Below, in pieces: positions 23,568 to 32,827 of a DNA stretch of 64,000 bases (positions are counted from its first letter, which is position 1; each line of letters opens with the position of its first letter). The notes below the pieces were generated by a model. The model made no database searches, was not told where the DNA came from, and worked only from the letters and a program-made list of their open reading frames with translations. Position numbers and translations under genes: made by a program. This DNA comes from Bacteroidota bacterium (lineage in GTDB: Bacteria > Bacteroidota > Bacteroidia > Bacteroidales > FEN-979): positions 26,068 through 90,067 of the forward strand of contig JAPLDI010000004.1 in the NCBI GenBank assembly GCA_026391795.1, in the 5' to 3' direction.

Positions 23568-24314
23568 ATGAACCCCCAACCCGTCTGGTCTGACAAATAC
23601 CGTATCAACTGGTACGAAGCCGATGCCAACAACTGTGCATCGCTGGTAACCATCTGCAATTTCCTCCAGGTCTCGGCTTTCCGTCATGCCCGTAACCTGG
23701 GATTCGATTATACCCGGAAAGACGGATTTGACAGGCTCTGGGTGCTGGTCAGGATCCTGGTCCATATGGATGATTATCCCTCCTGGAATGATGAGATCGA
23801 GGTGAAGACCTGGCACAGGGGCGCAGAGGGATTTGTTGCCATGCGCGATTTCGAGATCCTGGATGCGCAGGGGAAACGCCTGGGCGCGGTCTCCTCGCAC
23901 TGGTTCCTGCTCGACCCCGAAACCCGCAAGCCGGTGGTTCCGGAGATCGATGACGAGGTAACTTCGTCTGCCTGGCCGGTGAAGGTGATGGACGACGAGC
24001 CCGGCCGTATCTATATTTCCGGCGATCTGCCGTTTATCCGGAGCGTGACTGCCGGATATACCGATCTCGACATGTACCTGCACGTCAACAATACCCGGTA
24101 CATCGACTGGGTGCTGAATCTCTTTCCCGAAGAGATGCATAAAGCATACGCGATCTCTTCCTTTACCATTGAATTTCTCTCCGAGGTGAAATATGGCGAA
24201 GAGATCCGTCTCTTTGCCAGGATCGATGCCGTTGAATCGCTGGTAAAGGGGATCCGGGACGGCGATGGAAGGACGATCTTCAAGGCCAGGGTCGGGTGGA
24301 GGAAGAGAAGCTGA
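23568..24314 (+). CDS. Acyl-ACP thioesterase
   Basis: 248 aa. The double hot-dog pattern starts YRINWYEADANN...LQVSAFRHA. The second half contains TAGYTDLDMYLHVNNTRY. Confidence 0.7.
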   Translation: MNPQPVWSDKYRINWYEADANNCASLVTICNFLQVSAFRHARNLGFDYTRKDGFDRLWVLVRILVHMDDYPSWNDEIEVKTWHRGAEGFVAMRDFEILDAQGKRLGAVSSHWFLLDPETRKPVVPEIDDEVTSSAWPVKVMDDEPGRIYISGDLPFIRSVTAGYTDLDMYLHVNNTRYIDWVLNLFPEEMHKAYAISSFTIEFLSEVKYGEEIRLFARIDAVESLVKGIRDGDGRTIFKARVGWRKRS

Positions 24315-24346
24315 TGAGCTGACGAACTGATGAGCTGATGAGCTGG
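24309..24346. repeat. CTGATGAG-family octamer array (F1) supplying the thioesterase stop codon
   Basis: AGCTGATGAGCTGACGAACTGATGAGCTGATGAGCTGG. The TGA at 24312-24314 is the stop. Confidence 0.9.
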
Positions 24347-24373
24347 CAAGCTAGTGTGGGGGTGAGTTTTTAT

Positions 24374-24409
24374 CCTTTGTGTTCCTTTGTGCGCCTTTGT
24401 GGTTAAAAG
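24374..24409. repeat. CTTTG(T/C)GGTTAA-family module (F3)
   Basis: CCTTTGTGTTCCTTTGTGCGCCTTTGTGGTTAAAAG. Confidence 0.85.
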
Positions 24410-24505
24410 AATTGACCTCAGAATCATTCGTAATTTTTAATTGATTTCCGTATTACCTTTTCCCCTCCTGGCCGATTAAGCAGAAGATTTCTTATTCCCT
24501 GATGG

Positions 24506-24555
24506 CCAATGCCTAACCCCAAATACCTAATGCCCAATACCCAATACCCAATGCC
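24506..24555. repeat. AATGCCC/AATACCC-family repeat (F5)
   Basis: CCAATGCCTAACCCCAAATACCTAATGCCCAATACCCAATACCCAATGCC. Confidence 0.9.
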
Positions 24556-24829
24556 AAAAGTTAACACTATTTTAATTTGCATTATTGACCTTTATGCTTA
24601 TTTTTACGGTGTTAAATTCTGTTGATACGTGCAATTCTTATTGTGAAATCCCCACGCGAAAAACATCCTGTTTCTCCGTGAGGTTGTAATAAATAAGGTT
24701 ATCCGGATACCTCCGGAATTTACGCCAATCATACGTGTTTTACCAGCTGTGCAATCCCGGAAAGCCGGGCCTGCTCCTATAACGGCCAGGCAGCCGTTTC
24801 AAACAAATTCTGATCTTAAATTTCTGACT

Positions 24830-27800
24830 ATGAAAAAGATAGTTCTACTTTTTATTCTTGCTTTCGGAATGAGTTATGCAGGGTGGGGGCAGGTTGCTGC
24901 ATGGGATTTTACTGGAGTTGGATCTACTTCACTACCCACATATGCTGCAACAACTTTCAATTCAAATCTGGTTTCAACCTCCGGGGCAAACAATATCACA
25001 CGTGGTGCTGGAGCTGCTTGGAGCACCGGAAGTAATTCTTTCAGAACAGTTGGGTTTCAAAATAATGGTATTTCAACAGCAAATACTGATTATTTTCAAA
25101 TAACACTTACAGCATCGACCGGATATAAAGTTTCACTATCTACAATTGATGCGAAGTTTGGGGGTACATCTACATTTTACGCCTCTCCAGGGGTAACGTC
25201 GCAATTTGCTTATAGTTTAGACGGAACAACCTTTAGTTTGATTGGTTCTCCTGTTCAGTCAACATCTTTGACAATGGCACAAATAGATTTAACTGGGGTT
25301 GCTCCATTACAAAATGTTGTTTCAGGGACAACAATTACGTTGCGATATTATGCGAGTGGGCAAACTACCACTGGTGGATGGGGGTTTCAATCCGCAGCAA
25401 CTGCAGGAACAAATGGGCTCGCAATAGGAGGATCAGTAGTTGCATCTGGCAATTCTATCACAACCGGCGTGGTCTCCACTCCTCCTTTTTGTGTCGATGC
25501 CTCAAACACGGCAACGGGAACTGTCGCTTATACTTCTACTGGAACTTATACCAGTGCTACATTTACAGCTTATTTATCTGATGCAGGTGGTACTTTTGGA
25601 GGGTCTCCCCCCAGCATTGGAACTGCAACTGTTTCCGGGACTAATCCTTCCGGAAGTATAAATATTACCATTCCTGCAGGAACTGCCTCTGGTATCGGTT
25701 ATAAGATCAGGATCGATTGCTCTTCTCCAGCTGTTACCGGATCACCCAGCAGTGCCTTCGAAATTATCAATGGGGCAAAGGACGTTTCTGCTCAAAGTGC
25801 TGGCGTGGGCAATGCATCTTCGGTACTTTCATGGACGAACCCTTCAGGATGTTTTGATGAAATCATGATCGTGGCCAAAGCCGGCAGCCCTGTTACCGTG
25901 ACACCAACAGGAAATGGTTCTTTATATACATATAATCTTGTTTTTGGCACAGGTGGTTCGGGGGCAAATTTACCTACAAATGAATACTGCGTTTATAAAG
26001 GAACTGCAAGTCCACAGACAGTGACGGGTCTGACAAACGGAACAAACTACAACTATAAGTTTTTTTCAAGGAAAGGTTCAAACTGGAGCGCCGGTGTAAC
26101 TGCAAATGCTACGCCTGTGCCTCCTTCCTCAAGTACTGATTATTTTAAAAGCAATGTGGCTACAGGAAACTGGTCTGTCCCGGGAAGCTGGCTTTCTTCA
26201 CCGGATAATTCCACCTGGATAACTGCAACCCTGGCTCCAGGATCCTCTGCTAAAAAGGTGACCGTTCAAACCGGGCATACAATTTCAGTCGATGCAAGCG
26301 TGACCGCTGCTCCTATTGTAATTGATGCAGGTGGCCAGATCACGGTAAATTCAACTTTTATCCTGACCATCCAAAACGGTATCGGAACCGATCTTGCAAT
26401 TGATGGAACAATAGTCAATAACGGATCTGTAACGCTCCAGGGGGCAACAGCGACAACCGTTACCGGAACTTTTACCAATGCCGGTACATTGACCATGAAC
26501 ACCGCCAGCACATCTTTATCCATCAGTGGGATTTTCAATGCAAACACAGGGGTGGCGATTGCAAACGCATTGGCTGGTCCGATCAGTTTTACCGGCACTG
26601 CTCAATATAACCATACCATCAACGGGGGGACAATACCCACTTCCACCTGGGGTGCCTCAACAACCTGCAATGTTACCGGAATGACATCTTCGCAGCCTTC
26701 CGGCCTTGGACAAACATTCGGAAACTTCACATGGAACTGTGCACAGACAGGAACAAATTATTGTAATGTCAATGACCCTTTTTTTAGTACAACAGGAATT
26801 CTGACCATTTCAAATACCGGGAGTTCAGCTGGTTTTTCATTGTCCTATAACAATACTTTTGGTTCTAGTTACACATATAATTTTGGCAGTATCAATGTAA
26901 CAGGAGGCCTTTTCCAGTTGTTGTTCAGGTCAGGAACCAGTAATGCCTATGCCACTTATGTCAATGTTTCAGGCGATGTAAGCGTATCCGGTACGGCCGA
27001 AATTCAATTTGGCAGTTCAGGTGGTTCTGTTATCAATGGAAATAACTATTGTTCAGTGATGAATATTGGAGGAAATTTAACGGTTGGCAATTCCTCGAAG
27101 TTCTATTGCAAAAGCACGACGAATTATGGCCTGGTAATATTTTCAGGTACCTCTTCGATTTATACAAATGTCAATTCGGTTGCGAACAATACAACGAATA
27201 ACTATGGACTGGATTATGCAGTTTCACCATCTACAACTTTGACGCTTAACAGTAATTTGAGCCTTTGGTCAAGTTCTTCAACTGCCTATGATTTTTTAAA
27301 CATCGCGGGAACACTGAGTACGGGCGCAGGGAATCTGGTCAACCCATCAACCGGCGTTAATGCAGATTTTGAAGTAGGGGGAAACACTTCCGGTGCGCTG
27401 ACATTTACAAGAACGAACGGGAGCCAGACTTTGACAGCAGGAGACTATTCCACGCTGTTTGTGGGCATGGGGGTAAGCGGTACCGGAATTGCCGCGAACA
27501 CGTATATCATTGACTTTATCGGGACGACAGATGTTCTCTTATCAAAACCGGCGACGGCAAGCGGAACCAGTTCGCTGACTTTTACGAGCAGTGGGAAGAT
27601 AATTACAGGAAACAGCAACGGGTTGCTTTCTTCCGGCGCCAGCGGGGCGATCCAGGTGGGTACCCGGACCTACAACAGCACCGCAAATTATGAATTCCGG
27701 GGAGCGGCAACAGGGACATTCACAACAACCCCTACAGCCAATACAGTCAATAACCTGACCATCAATAATGCTGCAGGTGTTTCACTCGGACAGAATATTA

Positions 27801-29911
27801 CCGTAAATGGCACGCTGGAGTTAACCAGCGGTATCCTGACAACCGGATCAAATATTGTTACCGTTGCTTCTGCTGCATCCATAAGCGGGGCGGGTTCATC
27901 CAATTATGTAAGCGGTTTGCTTGCGCGGGTTTTTTCCGGTACCGGTTCAAAAACATTCCCGATCGGTAAAGGAGGAAATTACAGGCCCCTCAGCATAAAC
28001 TATGCAGCTGTGACAAACACAAGTACGGTAACTGCCGAGCAATTTGAAAGCTCGTTGCCCGGATCTGCTCCGGCAAATACGACCGTTTATAATTCCCGTT
28101 ACTGGACCATAACACAGTCTGGCGGAACCGGCCTGTCATATTATGTCACATTGGATGGCACTGGGTTTTCTCCTACGTATGCCGCGGTGATGGTGAAAGG
28201 TGACGGATCCACAAACAGTGCCTACGCAGCGTCTTTTTCATCACCAAATTATACCAATTCAGGTCCATTTGACAGTTTCAGCAATTTCGGGTTGGGTGAA
28301 ACTAATGAATTTGTATGGACTGGGACTTCTTCTACAACCTGGTCGGATGCCGGCAACTGGAATGTCAGAATTGCTCCTGTAGGCATTAATAACGTAACCA
28401 TTCCATCGGGGCCCACGAATCAACCGGTGGTTACTTCATCACCTGCCACCCCTTCTATATGCAATAACCTTGATATTACCTCAGGCGCTGTTGTTACTAT
28501 CAACCCTGGTTGTGCCCTTACCGTGACCGGAACCACTACAATGAATGCTACAGAGTGTCTCGTCCTCAAATCCGATGCCACTGGTACTGCCTCTTTCATC
28601 GACAATGGAATTTCAGGAGGAGGAACAGCCAGGATGGAAAGGTACCTAACCCCCGATAAATGGCATTATATTTCATCCCCGATCAGCAATGCAACGGCAA
28701 ATATCTTCTTTGGCGATTACCTGATGACTTCCGATCCCTCAACTGCTTCCGGCTGGAGTGGCTGGATTGTGGATCCGTCGTCGCCCCTCACGGTCATGCG
28801 GAGGTATGCCTGCTGGAAACCTTCAGCCAATGCGGGCCTTGAAACATTCTCAGGCACATTGAATACCGGATCACAGACCATTACCCTCAGCCGTAACGGC
28901 TCCGACCCCTGGGCCGGCTGGCACCTCGTTGGCAACCCCTATCCCAGTGCAATAGATCTCTCTTCCGTCGGAATTACCTGGGACCAGTTTGAGCCCACTG
29001 CCTATTTCTGGCACGAAAGTCTCACACCCTATCCTCCAAACTCTTTTGGAAATTATGATGTTTACCCGGCCTATGGCAGCTGGGGGACACATTTCCAATT
29101 CGCTCCTCCCGAACAGGGTTTCTATGTTCATATCAATGGCGCATATGTGGGAAGTTCCACATTAACCATTCCCAACACAGCCCGGGTACATGATAACACC
29201 CAGATCTTTTTAAAGGATGCCCCGGTAATCAGAAATGGCCTTCTTATCCTTGTGCAGAATGTGGCCAATGCTTTTTCCGATAGAATCACGGTACACTTCA
29301 ACCCCAACGCAACCGCAGGATATGACCCGGGATATGATGCCTACAAACTGTGGGGGTCCGGCACGGCTCCTCAACTCTATACCCGCATTGGCGACACGAA
29401 TGTTACCTGTAATTCCCTGCCCTTCGTAAATAAAAACATGGTAGTACCGATGGGATTCAGTTGCGGCCTGCCGGGCACGTACACCCTTATTGCCGACAGC
29501 CTCGGCACCTTCGACGATGCCATTGCGGTTTCACTGGAAGACCTGAAGCTGAATATGACCCAGGACCTGCGGACAAACCCGGTTTATAATTTCCAATACG
29601 ATACAGCAGATTCCCCCAACCGTTTCCTCCTTCATTTCGACAACCCGACACTGGGCGTGAAAGACCCTGTAACGGCTATTGAACCTGTGCAGATCTATTC
29701 TTTCGGAAATGCCATCTATGTCAGTTCTAAGGATGGAATCCTGCGGGCAGGGTCGGTTTTCGTATACGACATGATCGGAAAGGAGCTCTTTCGTGGAACT
29801 CTCTCCAACCAGCTCCTGAACCGTTTCACACCGGAGGTTGCCGAAGGATATTACCTGGTGCGGGTGGTCACCCTGGAGGGAAGCTTTAACGGGAAGGTTT
29901 ACCTGAAGTAG
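24830..29911 (+). CDS. Very large T9SS-secreted surface protein (adhesin-like, beta-helix-type repeats)
   Basis: Signal peptide MKKIVLLFILAFGMSYAGWGQ from ATG 24830. About 1690 aa, rich in T/S/G/N with repetitive GxxTxxG strands. C-terminal sorting domain ...VYDMIGKELFRGTL...EGYYLVRVVTLEGSFNGKVYLK. Confidence 0.75.
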   Translation: MKKIVLLFILAFGMSYAGWGQVAAWDFTGVGSTSLPTYAATTFNSNLVSTSGANNITRGAGAAWSTGSNSFRTVGFQNNGISTANTDYFQITLTASTGYKVSLSTIDAKFGGTSTFYASPGVTSQFAYSLDGTTFSLIGSPVQSTSLTMAQIDLTGVAPLQNVVSGTTITLRYYASGQTTTGGWGFQSAATAGTNGLAIGGSVVASGNSITTGVVSTPPFCVDASNTATGTVAYTSTGTYTSATFTAYLSDAGGTFGGSPPSIGTATVSGTNPSGSINITIPAGTASGIGYKIRIDCSSPAVTGSPSSAFEIINGAKDVSAQSAGVGNASSVLSWTNPSGCFDEIMIVAKAGSPVTVTPTGNGSLYTYNLVFGTGGSGANLPTNEYCVYKGTASPQTVTGLTNGTNYNYKFFSRKGSNWSAGVTANATPVPPSSSTDYFKSNVATGNWSVPGSWLSSPDNSTWITATLAPGSSAKKVTVQTGHTISVDASVTAAPIVIDAGGQITVNSTFILTIQNGIGTDLAIDGTIVNNGSVTLQGATATTVTGTFTNAGTLTMNTASTSLSISGIFNANTGVAIANALAGPISFTGTAQYNHTINGGTIPTSTWGASTTCNVTGMTSSQPSGLGQTFGNFTWNCAQTGTNYCNVNDPFFSTTGILTISNTGSSAGFSLSYNNTFGSSYTYNFGSINVTGGLFQLLFRSGTSNAYATYVNVSGDVSVSGTAEIQFGSSGGSVINGNNYCSVMNIGGNLTVGNSSKFYCKSTTNYGLVIFSGTSSIYTNVNSVANNTTNNYGLDYAVSPSTTLTLNSNLSLWSSSSTAYDFLNIAGTLSTGAGNLVNPSTGVNADFEVGGNTSGALTFTRTNGSQTLTAGDYSTLFVGMGVSGTGIAANTYIIDFIGTTDVLLSKPATASGTSSLTFTSSGKIITGNSNGLLSSGASGAIQVGTRTYNSTANYEFRGAATGTFTTTPTANTVNNLTINNAAGVSLGQNITVNGTLELTSGILTTGSNIVTVASAASISGAGSSNYVSGLLARVFSGTGSKTFPIGKGGNYRPLSINYAAVTNTSTVTAEQFESSLPGSAPANTTVYNSRYWTITQSGGTGLSYYVTLDGTGFSPTYAAVMVKGDGSTNSAYAASFSSPNYTNSGPFDSFSNFGLGETNEFVWTGTSSTTWSDAGNWNVRIAPVGINNVTIPSGPTNQPVVTSSPATPSICNNLDITSGAVVTINPGCALTVTGTTTMNATECLVLKSDATGTASFIDNGISGGGTARMERYLTPDKWHYISSPISNATANIFFGDYLMTSDPSTASGWSGWIVDPSSPLTVMRRYACWKPSANAGLETFSGTLNTGSQTITLSRNGSDPWAGWHLVGNPYPSAIDLSSVGITWDQFEPTAYFWHESLTPYPPNSFGNYDVYPAYGSWGTHFQFAPPEQGFYVHINGAYVGSSTLTIPNTARVHDNTQIFLKDAPVIRNGLLILVQNVANAFSDRITVHFNPNATAGYDPGYDAYKLWGSGTAPQLYTRIGDTNVTCNSLPFVNKNMVVPMGFSCGLPGTYTLIADSLGTFDDAIAVSLEDLKLNMTQDLRTNPVYNFQYDTADSPNRFLLHFDNPTLGVKDPVTAIEPVQIYSFGNAIYVSSKDGILRAGSVFVYDMIGKELFRGTLSNQLLNRFTPEVAEGYYLVRVVTLEGSFNGKVYLK

Positions 29912-29953
29912 CTCACGAACTGACGAACTGACGAGTTCATCAACTCATCAGCT
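29911..29953. repeat. F1-family array with an internal hairpin after the adhesin stop
   Basis: GCTCACGAACTGACGAACTGACGAGTTCATCAACTCATCAGCT. CTGACGAGTT and AACTCATCAG pair at 9 of 10 positions around the loop CATC. Confidence 0.85.
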
Positions 29954-29986
29954 AACCTGCACCGGTTTACGAAATCAAAAATTCGG

Positions 29987-29994
29987 TAGCTTTG
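29987..29994 (+). promoter_or_regulatory. Candidate -7 promoter box (TAnnTTTG)
   Basis: TAGCTTTG lies 22 nt upstream of ATG 30016. Confidence 0.5.
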
Positions 29995-30015
29995 TATTGC
30001 CAATATCCGGAACCT

Positions 30016-31251
30016 ATGACCAGAAAATTTACACTCTCCTGCATTCTCTGTTTTCTCCTGCTGCTTACGGCCGATCTGATTGCCTGTACCACATTTGTAA
30101 TTTCAGGGAAGGTCACTGCCGACGGCAAACCCATTCTGTTCAAAAACAGGGATTCGGATCAGATGCAGAATTCTCTCGTGTTTTTTCAGGATGGCAGGTA
30201 TAAATACATTGCCCTGGTGGATGGTACCAAAGAGTGGAAAACAATGGTCTGGGGCGGATACAACGAGACGGGGTTTGCAATCATCAATTCGGCCGCCTAT
30301 AACAACAACGTGGGGGATACTTCGAAATTCACCGACCAGGAAGGGGTTATCATGAAGCTTGCCCTGCAAACCTGCGCCACGCTCGCAGACTTTGAAAAAT
30401 TGCTCGATGCCTTACCGAAACCGATGGGACTGGACGCAAACTTCGGCATTATCGATGCATCCGGAGGGGCTGCATATTATGAAACAGGAAATTATAATTA
30501 TAAAAAATTTGATGCAAATGACGCCACGGCTGCGCCGAACGGGATTCTTGTCCGAACCAACTATTCAACGAGGTCTGACCTTACAAAAGGATTTGGCTTC
30601 TGCCGCTACAATACTGCCATGACGGCCCTTTCTGCAGCAGCGGCCGAAAAAAAAATCTCTCCCCCGTTCCTGTTTAATAACCTGTCTCGAAATCTTACTC
30701 ACTCCCTGACCCAAACGAACCTTTGTGAAAATTTGCCCAAAGACAGAAATGTTCCCGAATATAAGTTTTTCCTTGACTATATTCCCAGGGAATCAACATC
30801 GGCTGCGATCATGATCGTCGGGGCGAAGAGCAGGGATCGTGCCCGGGATGCGATGATGTGGACCATTTTAGGATTTCCGCTTACATCGGTGGCCATTCCG
30901 ACCTGGATTTCGGGTGGCACTATTTTACCGAAAGCTGTAACCCTGAATGAAAAACTGCAATCTCCGGTTTGCCTGGCGGCTTTAAAATTCAAAGAGGAGT
31001 GCTTCCCTTTAACATACGACCATGGCGACCGCTATATCAACTTGTCAGTTGTAATAAACCAGCAAAAAACCGGGTACATGCAGCTTCTTCAGCCGGTTGA
31101 ACAGGAGATTTTTAATAAAGCAGGCACATTGACCGGGGAACTTGAAAAGAGCAGGGACCCGGAAAAAGAGATTCAGTTGTTTTACGCATGGCTCGATCAA
31201 TACCTGGAGAAGAGCTATAAGGCAAAATTCAACCTTGACCTCTTTAATTGA
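30016..31251 (+). CDS. Secreted Ntn-hydrolase-type cysteine hydrolase (peptidase C45/C69-like)
   Basis: The signal peptide ends ...LLLTADLIA followed by CTTFVISGKVTADGKPILFKNRD. A Cys at the first mature position is the Ntn nucleophile pattern. Confidence 0.6.
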   Translation: MTRKFTLSCILCFLLLLTADLIACTTFVISGKVTADGKPILFKNRDSDQMQNSLVFFQDGRYKYIALVDGTKEWKTMVWGGYNETGFAIINSAAYNNNVGDTSKFTDQEGVIMKLALQTCATLADFEKLLDALPKPMGLDANFGIIDASGGAAYYETGNYNYKKFDANDATAAPNGILVRTNYSTRSDLTKGFGFCRYNTAMTALSAAAAEKKISPPFLFNNLSRNLTHSLTQTNLCENLPKDRNVPEYKFFLDYIPRESTSAAIMIVGAKSRDRARDAMMWTILGFPLTSVAIPTWISGGTILPKAVTLNEKLQSPVCLAALKFKEECFPLTYDHGDRYINLSVVINQQKTGYMQLLQPVEQEIFNKAGTLTGELEKSRDPEKEIQLFYAWLDQYLEKSYKAKFNLDLFN

Positions 31252-31254
31252 TAT

Positions 31255-31278
31255 CACCAGCTCATCAACTCATCAGCT
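31255..31278. repeat. F1 module between convergent genes, supplying the aldolase stop
   Basis: CACCAGCTCATCAACTCATCAGCT. On the - strand AGCTGATGAGTTGATGAG holds the TGA at 31265-31267. Confidence 0.85.
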
Positions 31279-32089
31279 TCCCCAGCTGCTCCTCCGTCAG
31301 CCCTTCCGGTTCATAACCTGCGCTTTTAACCAGGAAGTAGATCTTTGCCGACTTGGCCAGAAGATCAATCGTGTCGAAAGCATCTGCTGCCGTTGATCCG
31401 GTGGCAAGTACCCCGTGTTTCTCCCACAATGCCACCGGGTATGTTTCCAGGGTTTTTACCGTGGTCCCTGCGATGCCCGATGTCCCGGGAATTTCAAACG
31501 GGATGAATCCGACTCCTTTCGGAACAAATAATATGGTTTCGGGGTGCATTCCCCAGAGCAGCCGGTTCAGCTTTTCTGTTGAACAAAGTTCACTGATTTG
31601 CGTGAGGGCGATTAGTTCAGTGCAATGGGTATGAACAAGTGCTTTTGAAGATGAATTCGTGCGCACCAGCATTTCGTGAACAGCGAGATGGGTGGGGAGT
31701 TCGGAGGTTGGAGTCGGGTTTTCGCTTTTCGCTTTTCGCTTTTCGCTATTTATTGTTGGCTTATCACCCCCGGCAGTTAGGATTTGATACCCGGTACCCT
31801 CACTGGTAATTTTCAGGACACATAAATATTTCCGGGGATCCCGGGCAATGTCCCGCATGCGGCTTCCGGCAGCAGTCACGACAATCACCTGGTCCCCTAA
31901 CGTGTACCGTGCACCGCGAAGCTGTTCCACTGAAACAGTATCAAATAGTGACAGCTCTTCCGCCGAAAGAAGGTCTGTGACATTGACCGAGATGTTTCCG
32001 GCATTGCGTTCGGCCCAGCCTTTTTCCCAGAGACAACCGGCGGTATCTGCTATCTCTGCTGCGATCTTTTCAAGGCTCTTGAATTCCAT
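31265..32089 (-). CDS. Class II aldolase/adducin-family protein (rhamnulose-1-phosphate aldolase-like)
   Basis: WEKGWAERNAGNISV, PTSELPTHLAVHE and VHTHCTELIAL (zinc His cluster). It carries an in-frame repeat-derived insert. Confidence 0.75.
   Translation of the reverse strand: MEFKSLEKIAAEIADTAGCLWEKGWAERNAGNISVNVTDLLSAEELSLFDTVSVEQLRGARYTLGDQVIVVTAAGSRMRDIARDPRKYLCVLKITSEGTGYQILTAGGDKPTINSEKRKAKSENPTPTSELPTHLAVHEMLVRTNSSSKALVHTHCTELIALTQISELCSTEKLNRLLWGMHPETILFVPKGVGFIPFEIPGTSGIAGTTVKTLETYPVALWEKHGVLATGSTAADAFDTIDLLAKSAKIYFLVKSAGYEPEGLTEEQLGKLMS
31718..31752. repeat. (TTTTCGC)x3-TATTTAT module (F11) inside the aldolase coding sequence
   Basis: GTTTTCGCTTTTCGCTTTTCGCTATTTATTG encodes ...INSEKRKAKSEN... 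on the - strand. Confidence 0.85.
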
Positions 32090-32107
32090 GTGGCTGTTTT
32101 ATATTTT

Positions 32108-32213
32108 TTCTCTGTGAACCTCTGTGCCTCCTCTGTGGTTCTCTGTGTAACTTCTTTTTGGGTTTTAATAATTACACGGAGGTTCACTGAGAAGACACAG
32201 AGGACCACAGAGG
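32108..32213. repeat. About 106-nt palindromic CTCTGTG/CACAGAG composite element, copy 2 (F2)
   Basis: TTCTCTGTGAACCTCTGTGCCTCCTCTGTGGTTCTCTGTGTAAC ... ATTACACGGAGGTTCACTGAGAAGACACAGAGGACCACAGAGG. Confidence 0.9.
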
Positions 32214-32217
32214 TTAA

Positions 32218-32679
32218 TTACGTTCTTTTGGACCTGAAGAACGTGGTCATCAATTCCCCGCACTCTTCCGCCAGGATCCCGGAGACGACTTTCGTTTTCG
32301 GATGAAGCAGTTTCTTCTTCACCAGCCGGTATCCCCGTTTGGGATCTTCGGCCCCGTAAACCAGGTTCCCCAGTTGTGCCCAGAATGCAGCCCCGGCGCA
32401 CATCACGCAGGGTTCAATGGTCACATAAAGAGTACATTCATTCAGGTATTTTCCGCCCAGGTATCCTGAAGCCGCTGTGAATGCCTGCATCTCGGCATGA
32501 GCCGTCACATCGTTCAGGGTTTCCGTGAGGTTGTGGGCCCGGGCAATGATCCGGTCCTGGCAAACCACCACGGCCCCGATCGGCACCTCGTCTTTTTCCA
32601 GCGCCTTTTTTGCCTCTTTCAGCGCTTCGTTCATGAAGTACTCAGGTGAGTAGAGCGGATAGGATTTCGGTTGGGTCAT
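32218..32679 (-). CDS. tadA: tRNA-specific adenosine deaminase
   Basis: HAEMQA and PCVMCAGA zinc-binding motifs. 153 aa. Confidence 0.85.
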   Translation of the reverse strand: MTQPKSYPLYSPEYFMNEALKEAKKALEKDEVPIGAVVVCQDRIIARAHNLTETLNDVTAHAEMQAFTAASGYLGGKYLNECTLYVTIEPCVMCAGAAFWAQLGNLVYGAEDPKRGYRLVKKKLLHPKTKVVSGILAEECGELMTTFFRSKRT

Positions 32680-32682
32680 GAT

Positions 32683-32808
32683 GCTGGATACTGGATACTG
32701 GATGCTGGATGCTGGATACTGGATGCTGGATACTGGATGCTGGATGCTGGATGCTGGATGCTGGATACTGGATACTGGATGCTGGATGCTGGATGCTGGA
32801 TGCTGGCT
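32683..32808. repeat. Heptamer array (G/A)CTGGAT, 17 units plus 1 degenerate (F7)
   Basis: Perfect 7-nt phase. The first base of each unit runs G A A G G A G A G G G G A A G G G, followed by a degenerate GCTGGCT. Confidence 0.95.
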
Positions 32809-32827
32809 TATCGTAACTTAGCCTTCC

